Made by a program: the position numbers and the translations under genes. Below are positions 9,061 to 19,563 of a stretch of 64,000 nucleotides of DNA, piece after piece. The notes below the pieces were generated by a model. That model did no database searches. It saw nothing but the letters and a program-made list of their open reading frames with translations, and was not told the origin of the DNA. The stretch is from Gammaproteobacteria bacterium (GTDB lineage Bacteria > Pseudomonadota > Gammaproteobacteria > Steroidobacterales > PWYM01): positions 1,955-65,954 of the forward strand of contig RECU01000091.1 in NCBI GenBank assembly GCA_007693855.1. Direction: 5' to 3'. Each line of letters starts with the position of its first letter. The stretch's first letter is position 1.

Positions 9061-9551
9061 ATATTCGCCTCGTCGCACCAGCTTTGCTGATGACCTTCGC
9101 GCTGGGCGCCTGTGCGCCTGCACCCGATCCGGACGAGCCGCGCCCTGGCGCGGAGCCACCCGCACCGGGCCTCCAGTCGATGCCCGCGGTCGGTGATCCG
9201 GTAATGGTGCAGGTCCCGGAGCGCCATCCCTGGGAAATCAGCCGTATCGCCGGCTTCGAGTTGCCGCCGGAGGCCAGGCGTCCGACCTTGGTGCTGGAGG
9301 CCGAGACAGCCGAGGTCTCGGGCTTCGCCGGCGTCAATCGCTTTACCGGCTCCTACGAACTAGGTGCGGACCGCCTGGCGTTCGGCCCGCTTGCGAGCAC
9401 CCGCATGGCCGGGTCGCCGGAGGCCATGGCGATGGAGCAGATCTACCTCGAGGCCCTGTCGCGCATCGACGGCTGGCGGCTGCGTGACGAGCGGCTGGAG
9501 TTGCTGGTGGACGGCCAGCCGGTCCTGGTCTTCCGGCCCATGGCCGACTAG
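9057..9551 (+). CDS. META-domain (HslJ-like) lipoprotein
   Basis: In frame within ORF 8931..9551. GTG at 9057 gives VNIRLVAPALLMTFALGAC (lipobox), then GFAGVNRFTGSYELGADRLAFGPLASTRMAG, the META-domain pattern. Confidence 0.75.
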   Translation: MNIRLVAPALLMTFALGACAPAPDPDEPRPGAEPPAPGLQSMPAVGDPVMVQVPERHPWEISRIAGFELPPEARRPTLVLEAETAEVSGFAGVNRFTGSYELGADRLAFGPLASTRMAGSPEAMAMEQIYLEALSRIDGWRLRDERLELLVDGQPVLVFRPMAD

Positions 9552-9569
9552 CGGCGGCGGTCCAACGCC

Positions 9570-12500
9570 TCAGCGCTCGACGGTGAAGATGACATCCGCG
9601 GAAGACTGCTCACCCGAGGCGGCCTCGAGCGTCCAGCGGTTGCTCAGGCGGTAGCGCAGACGCAGCTCGTTGACGGCCTCGAACAGGCCCACACCGTAGC
9701 TGACGAACAGCCTCGGTCCGAGGTACTTGCCCACCACCAGGGAGGCCGAGCCGGGTTCCGCGCCGGCGGCGACACCGACCTCATCGAAGCCCAGGCGCCC
9801 GCCGATCTCCCGAGCCAGCAGATTGCCGCCGGAGAGCGCCAGCGAGTTGGCGGCGCTGTTCAGTGCATCCTGTTCGCCGCTGTCGAGGTCGTTGATGCTC
9901 TTGCCGATGGTCAGGTAGGACAGCGCCTCGGCGCGGGGCATTGGTGGATCCGAGAATACGCTGATTTCCGGTTCGAACAGATTGCCGCGCACCTGCGCGC
10001 CGGCCGTGATGTTGTCTACCCGCCGTACCGCGCGGATGTCGAGACCGGGGTTGTCGATGGCCCCGCCAGTAAACAGCAGGCGGCCCTGCTCGATGGTCAG
10101 TCGCTGGCCGAAGGCACCAAAGCTGCCGTCCACCACCCGCACCTCGCCACGTCCGGTGGCCACGCCATCGTCGCCCTGCAGTGCCAGCAGGCTGCCCTCG
10201 ACGCGACCGCGAAGGCCTGCGACATCAAGACGGACCTCCGGCCCGACGTTCACCCGCACGGCGTAGCCGACGGTGAGTCGCTCCGCATCGCGGGCGCGCT
10301 CGCCCACGATGACCGTGTCCGGGCTCTCCGAGACCGCGCCCGTGCCCTGTACCAGCCCGGTGATGCGGGCCTGTGGAATCTCGACTGCGCCGTTGATCTG
10401 CAGGTGTCTGTCCCGGAATGTCAGACCAAGATCGGGGCTGGCGAGGACGCGGGCCTCGGGCAGGTCCACCAGCAGGAGCTGCTGGCCGCTGAGGCTGGCC
10501 ACGCCGGCGAATCCTTCCATAAAGCTGAACCGGCCCTGGCTTTCCAGCCTGCCCTCGCCGGTCTGTGCACTCAGTTCGAAGCGCAGGTCATCAGGGGCAA
10601 GCTCGACGCGGGCGTTGATCTCGCGCGGTGCGATCCCGAGTACGGGCAACTGCGCGGCACCGTCGCGCCAGTTCAGCTCCCCCCGCGTGACGGGTGCGCG
10701 CAGGCTGCCACCGACGTCCAGTCGCGCTGACAGGCTGCCCTGCAACGCCGCGAGGTCTGGCACCAGCTCGGCGACCAGTGCCAGCTGCCCGAGCTCTGCG
10801 GTCAGGGTTGCCTGCAGCGGCAGCTCTGGATCGTTCCAGCCTACGCTGAACTCGCCCTCCACGAGATCGTCGCCTGCGAGTGCGACGGCCACGCGGCCGC
10901 GCGCCTCCTCGCGGTCGCCGCGCAGCGATACTGCCGCAGAGGCCCAGCCCAGCAGCTCCTCTTCAGGCCGTTCCTCGAGGAACAGCACACCGTCGTTCAC
11001 GGCCAGGCCGCCGCCCAGGCTGGCGAAACCCGCCTCGTCGGCATCCACGACGACATTGCCGGCCACCATGCCCGTGGCCACCAGGCCGTTGCCCAGCCAG
11101 CGGGTCAGCCCCTCGAGGTCCAGCGCGGAGATACCGAGCTCGCCCCGCCAGGCGGCCCCGCCGCGCCAGTCCCCGGCCAGACATACCCGGCCGAGGGTGC
11201 CGTCCATGCAGGTGGTCTCCACCCGACCGGCGTCCCGGCCAAGGAGGAGGGCGCTGGGCGTCTCCAGGGCCCAGACGATTTCCTCGGCCAGCACCAGCGT
11301 GAGGTCCTCCAGGCGCCCCGCCCACTGCCCGGCGCCCTGGTCGAGCCCGCCATCGATCTCGAGCACGAGGCTCGACTCGCCGCGGCGGGCGTCAAGGGTG
11401 GCCGTGTGGCTCCCGGGGGTGCCTGAGCCCTCGAGACTGAGCGTATCGATCAGGGTGTCCTCGCTCCGGAGCTCCGTGAGCCGAATGGCGAGCGCCGAGC
11501 GGTTGGCGGCGTCCAGGTCGACATCGATGTATGCCTCCAGGGCGCCGAGGAACCATTGCGCATAGCGCAAACGGGCAGCCTCGAGGTCCAGCGCCAGCGC
11601 GGGCAGGTCGCGCTGGCCGTGCAGCCGACCCGCCAGCGCGACCCGGCCGCCGGCACCCGGCATCAGGTCGTTGAGGTTGTCGGCATCCAGCGCGAAGCCA
11701 AGATCGAGCGTCTCGCCGAGCCCACCCTCCGCGGAGAGCTGTGCACCTCCGACGGCCACCCGCAGCGTGTCGACCTGCAGCGTGTCGCCGCGCAGCGCCA
11801 CCCGGACTTCCCCGGCGACATCCCGATTGCGCAGCTGCCCCCCAAGGGGCGCGAGCTCGACGACCAGATCCGCCTCGTCACCGAGTTGGCCGCGCAAGGC
11901 CAGCTCTGCGGCCAGTCGCCCTGTCCAGCCGGGGTAGTGGCTGCCTGGATCGATCTCGCGAAAGGCCAGGGTGAAGTCCATGTCCGCCCCTTCGGCCCAG
12001 GCGATGCGGCCACCACCCTCGGCAGTGCCATCCAGCAGCGCCAGCCGCAGGCGGCTGAACTCGGCGTGTCCAGCATCTCCGCGAGCCTCGAGATCGAGGG
12101 CCAACGGAGGTTGCTCGGGGAGCTGCACTGCGGCGTCGAGCGTCGCCGTCCAGGTCAGTGCGTCGGCAGCAAGCAGGGCCTGCCCGTTCCCGCGCAACCG
12201 CACCTGGCCGTCCTCGTCATCGGCGGCCAGTCGATCGACCCAGAGTGTCCGCTCCCGCAGGCGACCCTCGAGCGACAGCTCGACCGCAGGCAGGTCGCCC
12301 GTGCGACCGCGCGCGGCCAGCGCGAAGTCGTAGGCTTCGGCGCCGCCACGTGCATCGACGGCCAGGCGCTCGAGGTCGAACTGGCGGGGGCTGCCGTCCA
12401 GTGGCCAGCCGAGATTCTCGGCTTCCACGACCAACTCCGCCGCAAGCTCATCGGCAGGGGTGAGTTGGCCGCGGGCCCGCAGCACACCGCCGTCGGCGGT

Positions 12501-13502
12501 TTCGACCCGGGCGGTCTCGACCCGCGCCACGCCGTCCTGCCAACCAGCGATGAGGTCGATCTCCACCGGGCCGGCCACCCACCCTGGTGCAGCCACCTCG
12601 CCCTGCAGCCGGCTGCGGGCCACCTCGCCACGCACCACCAGGTCGGCGCGGGTCCCGCCAAGGGTCTCGGGCCAGAGGCCACCGTCGGGTGCGAGGGGCG
12701 CCAGGGTCAGCTGCAGCGACCAGGCAGGTGCGTCCGGCAGCCCCTGGAGTTGGCCGGCAAGCCGGGCCTCGAGCAGCCCGGCGAGGCGCTGGTCGAGGGT
12801 GAGATCCGCAAGCGGGCCGCGCAGTTGCGTAGTGCCCGTGAGCGTCGAGGTGGCGTCGGGCAGCTCGATCTGCCACTGCAGATCCAGCGACTGCGGCTCG
12901 GCCAACGCGGTCGCCACTCTGCCCTCGGCGTCGAGCTGGACGCGGAGGTCACCGCGACGCAGATCGAGCTTGAGTTCGCGCAGCGACGCCCGCCGTCCGC
13001 GCCAGCCTGCGGCCAGATCCAGCGACAGGTCTTCGATCTGGACACTCTCCCCCGTCAACAGCCGACCGCCACGGACCTGGAGTTTCTCGATCTCGACGCG
13101 TACCGGCAGCTCGAGCGCTTCCGGCCAGTCCTTGCGCCCCTCGGGTGGGGGCTCCGGCGGCGGCGTCCCCCCTTCGCGCAGGACCACCGTGGGGGACTCG
13201 ACCGACAGCGCCAGCACACGGATTTCGCGCCGGTAGACCAGCCGCCAGGGTCGCCAGTCCAGGCTCAGGGCGGGGATGTCGACCTCGACAGCATCGAGTT
13301 CCACCCGCAGACCCTCGAGCTGCAGGGGGCCTGCGAGACGCCCGTGCGCGGCGTCGATCTGCACAGGCACCGCGTCGAGTGCGGTGATGCGCGCCAGCGC
13401 GAAGCGCAGCCCCGCCTCGGTGCTGAGCAGCCACGCCAGCACTGCGCTCAGGGCGACGAGCACCAGGGGCAGCGACCACAAGAGCAACCGTCGCAGGATC
13501 AC
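9570..13502 (-). CDS. tamB: translocation and assembly module subunit TamB
   Basis: 1310 aa. N-terminal signal-anchor and DUF490-type C-terminus (...VGKYLGPRLFVSYGVGLFE...LRLRYRLSNRWTLEA). 4-nt overlap with tamA. Confidence 0.9.
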   Translation of the reverse strand: MILRRLLLWSLPLVLVALSAVLAWLLSTEAGLRFALARITALDAVPVQIDAAHGRLAGPLQLEGLRVELDAVEVDIPALSLDWRPWRLVYRREIRVLALSVESPTVVLREGGTPPPEPPPEGRKDWPEALELPVRVEIEKLQVRGGRLLTGESVQIEDLSLDLAAGWRGRRASLRELKLDLRRGDLRVQLDAEGRVATALAEPQSLDLQWQIELPDATSTLTGTTQLRGPLADLTLDQRLAGLLEARLAGQLQGLPDAPAWSLQLTLAPLAPDGGLWPETLGGTRADLVVRGEVARSRLQGEVAAPGWVAGPVEIDLIAGWQDGVARVETARVETADGGVLRARGQLTPADELAAELVVEAENLGWPLDGSPRQFDLERLAVDARGGAEAYDFALAARGRTGDLPAVELSLEGRLRERTLWVDRLAADDEDGQVRLRGNGQALLAADALTWTATLDAAVQLPEQPPLALDLEARGDAGHAEFSRLRLALLDGTAEGGGRIAWAEGADMDFTLAFREIDPGSHYPGWTGRLAAELALRGQLGDEADLVVELAPLGGQLRNRDVAGEVRVALRGDTLQVDTLRVAVGGAQLSAEGGLGETLDLGFALDADNLNDLMPGAGGRVALAGRLHGQRDLPALALDLEAARLRYAQWFLGALEAYIDVDLDAANRSALAIRLTELRSEDTLIDTLSLEGSGTPGSHTATLDARRGESSLVLEIDGGLDQGAGQWAGRLEDLTLVLAEEIVWALETPSALLLGRDAGRVETTCMDGTLGRVCLAGDWRGGAAWRGELGISALDLEGLTRWLGNGLVATGMVAGNVVVDADEAGFASLGGGLAVNDGVLFLEERPEEELLGWASAAVSLRGDREEARGRVAVALAGDDLVEGEFSVGWNDPELPLQATLTAELGQLALVAELVPDLAALQGSLSARLDVGGSLRAPVTRGELNWRDGAAQLPVLGIAPREINARVELAPDDLRFELSAQTGEGRLESQGRFSFMEGFAGVASLSGQQLLLVDLPEARVLASPDLGLTFRDRHLQINGAVEIPQARITGLVQGTGAVSESPDTVIVGERARDAERLTVGYAVRVNVGPEVRLDVAGLRGRVEGSLLALQGDDGVATGRGEVRVVDGSFGAFGQRLTIEQGRLLFTGGAIDNPGLDIRAVRRVDNITAGAQVRGNLFEPEISVFSDPPMPRAEALSYLTIGKSINDLDSGEQDALNSAANSLALSGGNLLAREIGGRLGFDEVGVAAGAEPGSASLVVGKYLGPRLFVSYGVGLFEAVNELRLRYRLSNRWTLEAASGEQSSADVIFTVER

Positions 13503-15295
13503 AGGTCCGGCCTGATGCTGATGTGCAGCCGCGGTGAGCGGCTTTCGGTGAGCGATTGGGCGACCTCCACGCGAATGCGGCCGATCGGTGTGAGAAAGTG
13601 GAGCCCGACACCGGCAGAGACTTCCGGTGTGTCATCCAGGCGGGCGAGCGCGCCGCCGCTGTCGATGAAGGCGGCGACATGCCAGGGCCCCTGGATGCGC
13701 CGCTGGGCCTCGACGCTGCCGAAGACCAGGTGGCGACCGCCGATGCTCCGGCCTTCGTCGTCCGTCGGACCGAGCTTGTTGAAGCCATAGCCGCGCACGC
13801 TCTGGTCACCGCCGGCGAAAAATCGCTGTGACGCCGGCAGCTCGTCGAAGCCGTCGACGATGCCAATGCCGAGTTCCGCGCGCAGGGCCAGGCGCCAGTC
13901 ATCGCTGGGTGAAAGGATCCGGCTCGCGCCGAGATGGAGGCGCAGAAAGTCGGTCTTGGCGGCCAGCAGCCCGTGCGAGCCGCGGACCTCGGCCCGCAGA
14001 CGATGCCCCTCCGTGGGCACGAGCGGATCATCGGCGATCAGCCGCTCGAAGCCGATTCCCGGCACGATCAGGGTGTCGGCAAAGCGCGCACCGTCGGGCA
14101 GACGGGTACGTTCATCCACCACGTCGGCGAACAGGTTGCGCTGCCAGTTGCCGAGCACGCGTCGATGGTTGACGCCGATGGTCGCGCGTTGACTGCGCAC
14201 GTCCGCCAGATCCTCGGCCGCCAGGCTGCTGCGGAAAGACAGGCGTTCGCGCAGCGGATCGCCGAAGGGGACGATGTACTGGGTGGTGAGTTCGGTCAGT
14301 GGCTGGGAGACCTGCAATTGCATATTGGCGCGGTGGCCGCGCTGGTTGATGCGCCGCCAGTCCCAGCCGATGCTGCCGCGGGCCCGCGTGTCGCTGCCGT
14401 AGCCGATGCCGAGCCGAATGCGCTGGCGCCGTGAAGGGACGGTCTCGATATTCACGGGGATGGACCGGGTCAGCGGATTGCGCTCGCCGGTTTCGACGAC
14501 CACGTTGGCAAAGTACTGGCTGTCGGTCAGCGCGTACTGGGTCCGCAGCAAGCGCTCGGTGTCGAAAGGCTCACCCTCGCGGGTGAACACCATGCGCTCG
14601 ATCAGCGCCTGGTTGAGGATGTCCTGGTCGATCACCACCTCACCGAAGCGATAGCGGGGGCCGGTGTCCATCACCAGCACGGCGTTGGCCGACAGCGCCG
14701 CAGGATCGATCTCCAGTCGCCGTTCGGGGAAGCTTCGGTCGAAGAAGCCGTAGGTGCTTGCGGCGCGCTCCAGGCGGGCGCGCAACTGATCGAAGTCCGG
14801 GTGGCGGAGCTGCGCCCCTGCGACCAGCGGCGTCTCGGCCAGCAGTGTCTGGAACCCGGGGTGGTCGTGCCCTTCGCCGATCACCTCCAGGCGCACCGAG
14901 TTCAGCCGCACAGGCTCCCCTCGGATGATCTCGAATCGTGCGATCCAATCGTTACCCTCGCGGGTGAGGCTGCGCGAGACCACCCGTGCGTCGTAGTACC
15001 CGAAAGGCCGCAGCGCCTCGCGGATCTGGCGTGGTGCACGGTCGTAGAGCCGCCGGACTGCGGTCTCCGAGAGGTCCTCGCGTTCGGCGAAACGGACCAG
15101 GTCAAGCCACGCGCGGACATTGGCGGCAGTCTCTCCCTCCACGCCGGTCAGCTGCACGCGGATGCTGGCATCCGCGCTGAGCGAAGCGAACGCGAGCGCA
15201 AGCGTCACCAGTGCAGTCAGGATCCGAGAGCGACGTGGCGGTCGGGGGCATGAGGCCTCGCCCATGAGTGCTGCTCCGGAATCGGTGTGCCCCAT
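13499..15295 (-). CDS. tamA: outer-membrane protein assembly factor TamA (Omp85 family)
   Basis: 598 aa. Signal peptide (LALAFASLSADA), POTRA-like repeats and a C-terminal beta-barrel ending ...PRLHISIRPDL. The start may be the ATG at 15265. Confidence 0.9.
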   Translation of the reverse strand: MGHTDSGAALMGEASCPRPPRRSRILTALVTLALAFASLSADASIRVQLTGVEGETAANVRAWLDLVRFAEREDLSETAVRRLYDRAPRQIREALRPFGYYDARVVSRSLTREGNDWIARFEIIRGEPVRLNSVRLEVIGEGHDHPGFQTLLAETPLVAGAQLRHPDFDQLRARLERAASTYGFFDRSFPERRLEIDPAALSANAVLVMDTGPRYRFGEVVIDQDILNQALIERMVFTREGEPFDTERLLRTQYALTDSQYFANVVVETGERNPLTRSIPVNIETVPSRRQRIRLGIGYGSDTRARGSIGWDWRRINQRGHRANMQLQVSQPLTELTTQYIVPFGDPLRERLSFRSSLAAEDLADVRSQRATIGVNHRRVLGNWQRNLFADVVDERTRLPDGARFADTLIVPGIGFERLIADDPLVPTEGHRLRAEVRGSHGLLAAKTDFLRLHLGASRILSPSDDWRLALRAELGIGIVDGFDELPASQRFFAGGDQSVRGYGFNKLGPTDDEGRSIGGRHLVFGSVEAQRRIQGPWHVAAFIDSGGALARLDDTPEVSAGVGLHFLTPIGRIRVEVAQSLTESRSPRLHISIRPDL

Positions 15296-15304
15296 AGACC
15301 CGAC

Positions 15305-17230
15305 TCAGCGCGGCAGGTTGTCGATTGACAACGGCGGCAGCGGATCCGCCGGCGTCAGACCGAGAATGCGGGCGTAGAAACTGTATTCCGCGGCGATGCA
15401 GCGCGACAGCGTCTCCGCCTGTCGAAACCCGTGGCCTTCCTCCGCGAAAGTGATGAGGCACACAGGCACACCCTGGGTGCGCAGGGCATCGGCCATGCGC
15501 CGCGATTGCTCCGGCGGGACGACTCGATCGCGCAAGCCCTGGAAAAACACCACCGGCCGCCGCAGCCGGCTGGCGTGATGCAGTGGCGAGCGCGCGCGCA
15601 TCAGCGCGCGCCGGTGCTCGCCATTACCCACCAGCGCCCGGTCGTAGCCGGCCTCGAAGCGGTGGGTGATGGCAAAGAGTGATTCAAGATCCGCGACTCC
15701 GTAGTAGCTGGCCCCGGCGGCGAAGGTCTCATGGAAGGTGAGGGCGCAGAGGACCGTGAAGCCGCCGGCACTCGAGCCCGAGATGAGCAGCCGTCGCCGG
15801 TCGGCGAGGCCCTGGTCGGCCAGCCACTGGGCACCCCGGCAACAGTCCTCGGTGTCTGAGACCCCCCAGTGACCGTAAAGTTTGCGCCGGTAGTCCCTGC
15901 CGAAGCCGGTACTGCCACGGTAGTTGACATCCAGGACGGCGAAACCACGGCTGGTCCAGAACTGGATCCGCGCGTCGAAACCGGGGTCGGCCGCGCCTGT
16001 CGGTCCCCCATGGCAGCGTACCAGCAACGGTGGGCGCTCGCCGGCAGGGGCCGCCACGGCCGGATTGACCGGGGGATAGTACAGGCCATGCGCGGTGTCG
16101 CCGTCGCCGGTCGGGAAGCTGACCGCCCGCGCCGCCGACACCTGGTCCGGGTCCAGTTCGCCCATGCCGGTCTGGCGCAGCGCCCGGATCGCGCCATCAC
16201 GCCAGCGCAGCACGGCATTGCCGCGTGTGGGCGAGGCGGCCAGCCAGGTGGCGCCCTCCCCCGGACGCGCCGAGAGGTGGTCGATGGCCACCCAGTCGCC
16301 GGTGACCACCTCGCAGCGTCCGGTGGCGAGGTAAATCCGCTCGACTTGCCAGAAGCCTTCGCGGCACACGGCACATAGCACGCTTGCCCGGTCGGCGAAC
16401 CCGTAGGTGGACATGCCGAACACCCATTGCGGTAGCCCCAGTTCGGCCTTCGGCCGGTATACGGGCGCGATCGCCTGGCCGTCGAGGCGGTAGAGCTGCC
16501 ACCAGTCCTCGCGGTCGCTGACGAAGTAGAGTCGACCGTCAGGCCCCCACTGCGGCTGGAACACCGACTCGTGCTGGCCACCGGCGACCACCCTTGGATG
16601 CCGGGTCTGCCCGCTGGCGTCCACCTCGGCCAGCCACAGCCGGGTCGCGTCCCAAGGCATGTCAGGACTGTTCCAGCTGAGCCAGGCGAGCTGCCTGCCG
16701 TCGGGCGACGGGCAGGGGCTCGAGTAAAAGTCCTCTCCCTCGGCGAGCACCGTCACGTCCCGGTCCGCGAGGTTGATGGCGACCAGCGCCTGGCGGATGC
16801 CGGCCTCACCCTGGCGCTCGCGCACGGCGAGCAGGCGTGAGTGGACCGGATCGACGACGAGGTCGGCAAAATCGTCGCCCTCTGCCCCGTGCACCAGCGT
16901 GGGTGGGCCGTTATCGATGACGTAGATCGAATGGTCGGTGGCGTTCACGAACCACAGACAGGCACCCTGGACGGCCCACGCGCCGCCCCCATACTCGTTG
17001 ACGGCGCTGCGGACGCTGTATCCGGCCGGGATGAGATCACGCAGCTGGCCATCAGGCTCCGCGGCGACCACGACACCGCGGCCCTGTTCAGCCGGGCGCC
17101 CCTCGAGCCAGAGTGTGCGCTGGCCCTGCACCCTCGGCGCAGACAGGCGCAGGCCCGCGCGCGCCACCATCGCCGGAGAGATGGGCGAGGGCCAGCTGCC
17201 GTGCGCCAGCGTGGGGTGGGCCGAGCTCAT
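15305..17230 (-). CDS. S9 family (prolyl oligopeptidase/dipeptidyl aminopeptidase-like) serine peptidase
   Basis: 641 aa. Beta-propeller-like N-terminal half; C-terminal GSSAGGFTV nucleophile elbow and ...EGHGF. Confidence 0.85.
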   Translation of the reverse strand: MSSAHPTLAHGSWPSPISPAMVARAGLRLSAPRVQGQRTLWLEGRPAEQGRGVVVAAEPDGQLRDLIPAGYSVRSAVNEYGGGAWAVQGACLWFVNATDHSIYVIDNGPPTLVHGAEGDDFADLVVDPVHSRLLAVRERQGEAGIRQALVAINLADRDVTVLAEGEDFYSSPCPSPDGRQLAWLSWNSPDMPWDATRLWLAEVDASGQTRHPRVVAGGQHESVFQPQWGPDGRLYFVSDREDWWQLYRLDGQAIAPVYRPKAELGLPQWVFGMSTYGFADRASVLCAVCREGFWQVERIYLATGRCEVVTGDWVAIDHLSARPGEGATWLAASPTRGNAVLRWRDGAIRALRQTGMGELDPDQVSAARAVSFPTGDGDTAHGLYYPPVNPAVAAPAGERPPLLVRCHGGPTGAADPGFDARIQFWTSRGFAVLDVNYRGSTGFGRDYRRKLYGHWGVSDTEDCCRGAQWLADQGLADRRRLLISGSSAGGFTVLCALTFHETFAAGASYYGVADLESLFAITHRFEAGYDRALVGNGEHRRALMRARSPLHHASRLRRPVVFFQGLRDRVVPPEQSRRMADALRTQGVPVCLITFAEEGHGFRQAETLSRCIAAEYSFYARILGLTPADPLPPLSIDNLPR

Positions 17231-17233
17231 CGG

Positions 17234-18016
17234 TCAGCCGCCGTAAGCCAGTTGCAGCCGGCTGCTGCCGGTGGGCCGGGTGTCGGGGCCAAACCGCCGC
17301 TCATGCCAGTGCAGTGTCCTCTCATGATCGACGACGAGGACGCTGGAGCAGCGTGTCCCGTAGTCACTGCCGGCCACGAAAATCGCCGACAGCTGGCGCT
17401 CGCGGTCAGTGGGCAGTCCGCTCTCGGGCAGTTCGAAGTCCTCGGCGGGGGCCGGGTCGGCGAGCAGCCCGAAAGCCGCATCGACCAGAGCCTCCAGCGT
17501 ATCGCCGTTATCCGCCAGCGCGCTGCCCAGGATGTCCCGCGCCCGCCGCGTCTTTGGCCAGTCGACGCCGGGCGGGGCATTGCTGAGTGCATGAACGCCC
17601 GGACCCGGGGTGACCGGTCCGGCGGTGCGATTGGAAGTCACCAGCAGCGCCTCGCCGGTGAGCAGCAGCAGATTGAACCCCCGATACCGGGCTGCCGTGT
17701 CCGCCAGGTCCTGTGCGAAGGCGGCCGGTGGGCGGGTATCGGCGAGAAACGCTACCGGCAGTTCACCGCGCGAAGGAGCCGCTGCCAGCGTGCCTGAAGC
17801 AGGCTCGCGGACGTTGGTCAGCGCTGCGATCCGGCCGCCGGGACTCGCGCCCAGCCAGGTCCCGCCGGCCTCGAGATCGCGTCCGGCGATGATGCCGACC
17901 GGCGAATTCCAGCGGTGCACAGCGGCGGTCGGTCGCGCATGGAATTCGTCACGATTGGCGGCGAGCACCAACGGAAAGCGGGGATGGCACTGCCAGGCAA
18001 TGGCGATCAGGCACAT
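17234..18016 (-). CDS. NRDE family protein (TANGO2/DUF833-like)
   Basis: 260 aa. MCLIAIAW... start and the LAANRDEF motif. Confidence 0.8.
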   Translation of the reverse strand: MCLIAIAWQCHPRFPLVLAANRDEFHARPTAAVHRWNSPVGIIAGRDLEAGGTWLGASPGGRIAALTNVREPASGTLAAAPSRGELPVAFLADTRPPAAFAQDLADTAARYRGFNLLLLTGEALLVTSNRTAGPVTPGPGVHALSNAPPGVDWPKTRRARDILGSALADNGDTLEALVDAAFGLLADPAPAEDFELPESGLPTDRERQLSAIFVAGSDYGTRCSSVLVVDHERTLHWHERRFGPDTRPTGSSRLQLAYGG

Positions 18017-18062
18017 GCCCCCATTATAGGACGCTCGGCCGGAACACCGGGCTGGCGGGTCT

Positions 18063-19553
18063 TCAGCTCATGGCGCGCTGCGGGTCAGCCGCGGTCGTCT
18101 CCGCTTCGGGCTGCGAGTCGCGCAGGTGTGCGATGGCGTTGGCGTAGTAGGCGATGAGTTTCGCTTCGTCCGGGTTGGCCCGGAAACAACCCGCGTCTTC
18201 AAGCACGATCCGTCGCAGCCGGAGCATCCGCAGGCCGACGTCCACCGCGTAATCGTCACTTTGCCGGGGCAGGTAAACCTGGGCGTTGCGGCTCATCAGT
18301 GTCTGCTGGCGCGCGCGCGCGGATGCCCGGATCTCCTCGACGCTGAAGCTCTCGTCCGGACGCTCGTCGAACAGCGAGGCAATCAGGCTGACCGGCAGCA
18401 CCGGCATCAGCATGCCCACCTCGCGCATGAGATGCTCGGCGAGCTCGACCAGTCGCGTGGCTCTGCCGGGGGCCTGGAGGTCCCGAGGGTCCCAGTCGCG
18501 CTCCGCCAGGTAGGCGCGCAGCGACACGGGTCGGCCGAAGTTCGCGCAGGCATAGCCGTAGCGATACCAGCGCTTGCGCAGTCCGAGCCGCAGGTTGTGC
18601 AGAAGGAAACCGCTGGCCTTGCGGATCGCGGCCCAGCCACTGCGCCGTGGTGCGCCGGGCTGGAGTTCGCCGATGAGCGTGCGATCTTCCAGCACCCGGT
18701 CGTAGTTGATCGCAATGGGCAGGAAGACGATATCCCGCTGCCCCCGTGGATCGAAATCGCGCAGCATGTAGTCGATGAGCCCGACCCGGGGCTCGCGCAG
18801 GGCCCCGTCCCGGCTCAAGCCTCCCTCGGGGAAGACGACCTGTGTCACGCCGCCTTCCACGGCCATCTGGACATACCGTTCCAGCACGCGCCGATACAGT
18901 GGGTTGCCAGAGCCGCGGCGCACGAAATAGGCGCCGACGGACCGGATGATCTGCTGCAGGGGCCAGACCCGCGCCCATTCACCGACCGCGTAGGAGAGCA
19001 CCGTGCGGGTCATGGCCAGGTAGGCGACCAGCACGTAGTCCATGTTGCTGCGGTGGTTGACGACCAGCACCAGGCTGTCATCGTCGCCAACGTTGGAGAT
19101 CGCCTGCTCGTCGAGAAAGCCCAGTCGCACGCGATAGAGTGCGCGGACCAGCTTGCGCGCGAGCCAGCCGCCGAAGCGGAAATACACGTAGGCGTTGAAA
19201 GCCGGGACGATCTCGCGCGCGTACCGCTCGACCCGGTCCATGGCCACGCCGCGGGGCTCTCCAGTGGTCTCACAGTGCTCGGCTACGGTTCGGGCAATTC
19301 GCGGATCGTAGACGAGCCGGTCGATGAGCACCTGCCGCCGGGTGAGCGACAGGGACGGGATCTGCAGATTCAGGCTGCGGTTGACGCTGTCGATCAGCTG
19401 GTTGGCCTGGCGGCGAAAATACCAGCGCACGGTCGGCAGCAGCAGCCGGGACACCAGCAGCCACAGGGCTATCGCGCCGAAGATCAGCGCCAGCCACAGT
19501 GGGATCACGACCGGTTGATTCAACGCTGGGCCTCCCCGGGTGTCACGCCGCAA
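18063..19553 (-). CDS. glycerol-3-phosphate/lysophospholipid acyltransferase family protein
   Basis: 496 aa. N-terminal TM helix, VVNHRSNMDY (HX4D) and VFPEGGLSRDG motifs. Confidence 0.8.
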   Translation of the reverse strand: MRRDTRGGPALNQPVVIPLWLALIFGAIALWLLVSRLLLPTVRWYFRRQANQLIDSVNRSLNLQIPSLSLTRRQVLIDRLVYDPRIARTVAEHCETTGEPRGVAMDRVERYAREIVPAFNAYVYFRFGGWLARKLVRALYRVRLGFLDEQAISNVGDDDSLVLVVNHRSNMDYVLVAYLAMTRTVLSYAVGEWARVWPLQQIIRSVGAYFVRRGSGNPLYRRVLERYVQMAVEGGVTQVVFPEGGLSRDGALREPRVGLIDYMLRDFDPRGQRDIVFLPIAINYDRVLEDRTLIGELQPGAPRRSGWAAIRKASGFLLHNLRLGLRKRWYRYGYACANFGRPVSLRAYLAERDWDPRDLQAPGRATRLVELAEHLMREVGMLMPVLPVSLIASLFDERPDESFSVEEIRASARARQQTLMSRNAQVYLPRQSDDYAVDVGLRMLRLRRIVLEDAGCFRANPDEAKLIAYYANAIAHLRDSQPEAETTAADPQRAMS

Positions 19554-19563
19554 GCCAACCTTA

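Noticed and set aside
11556-13790. 744-aa + strand ORF opposite tamB/tamA
   Set aside because: It is antisense to a well-supported tamB/tamA pair and has no recognisable domains.
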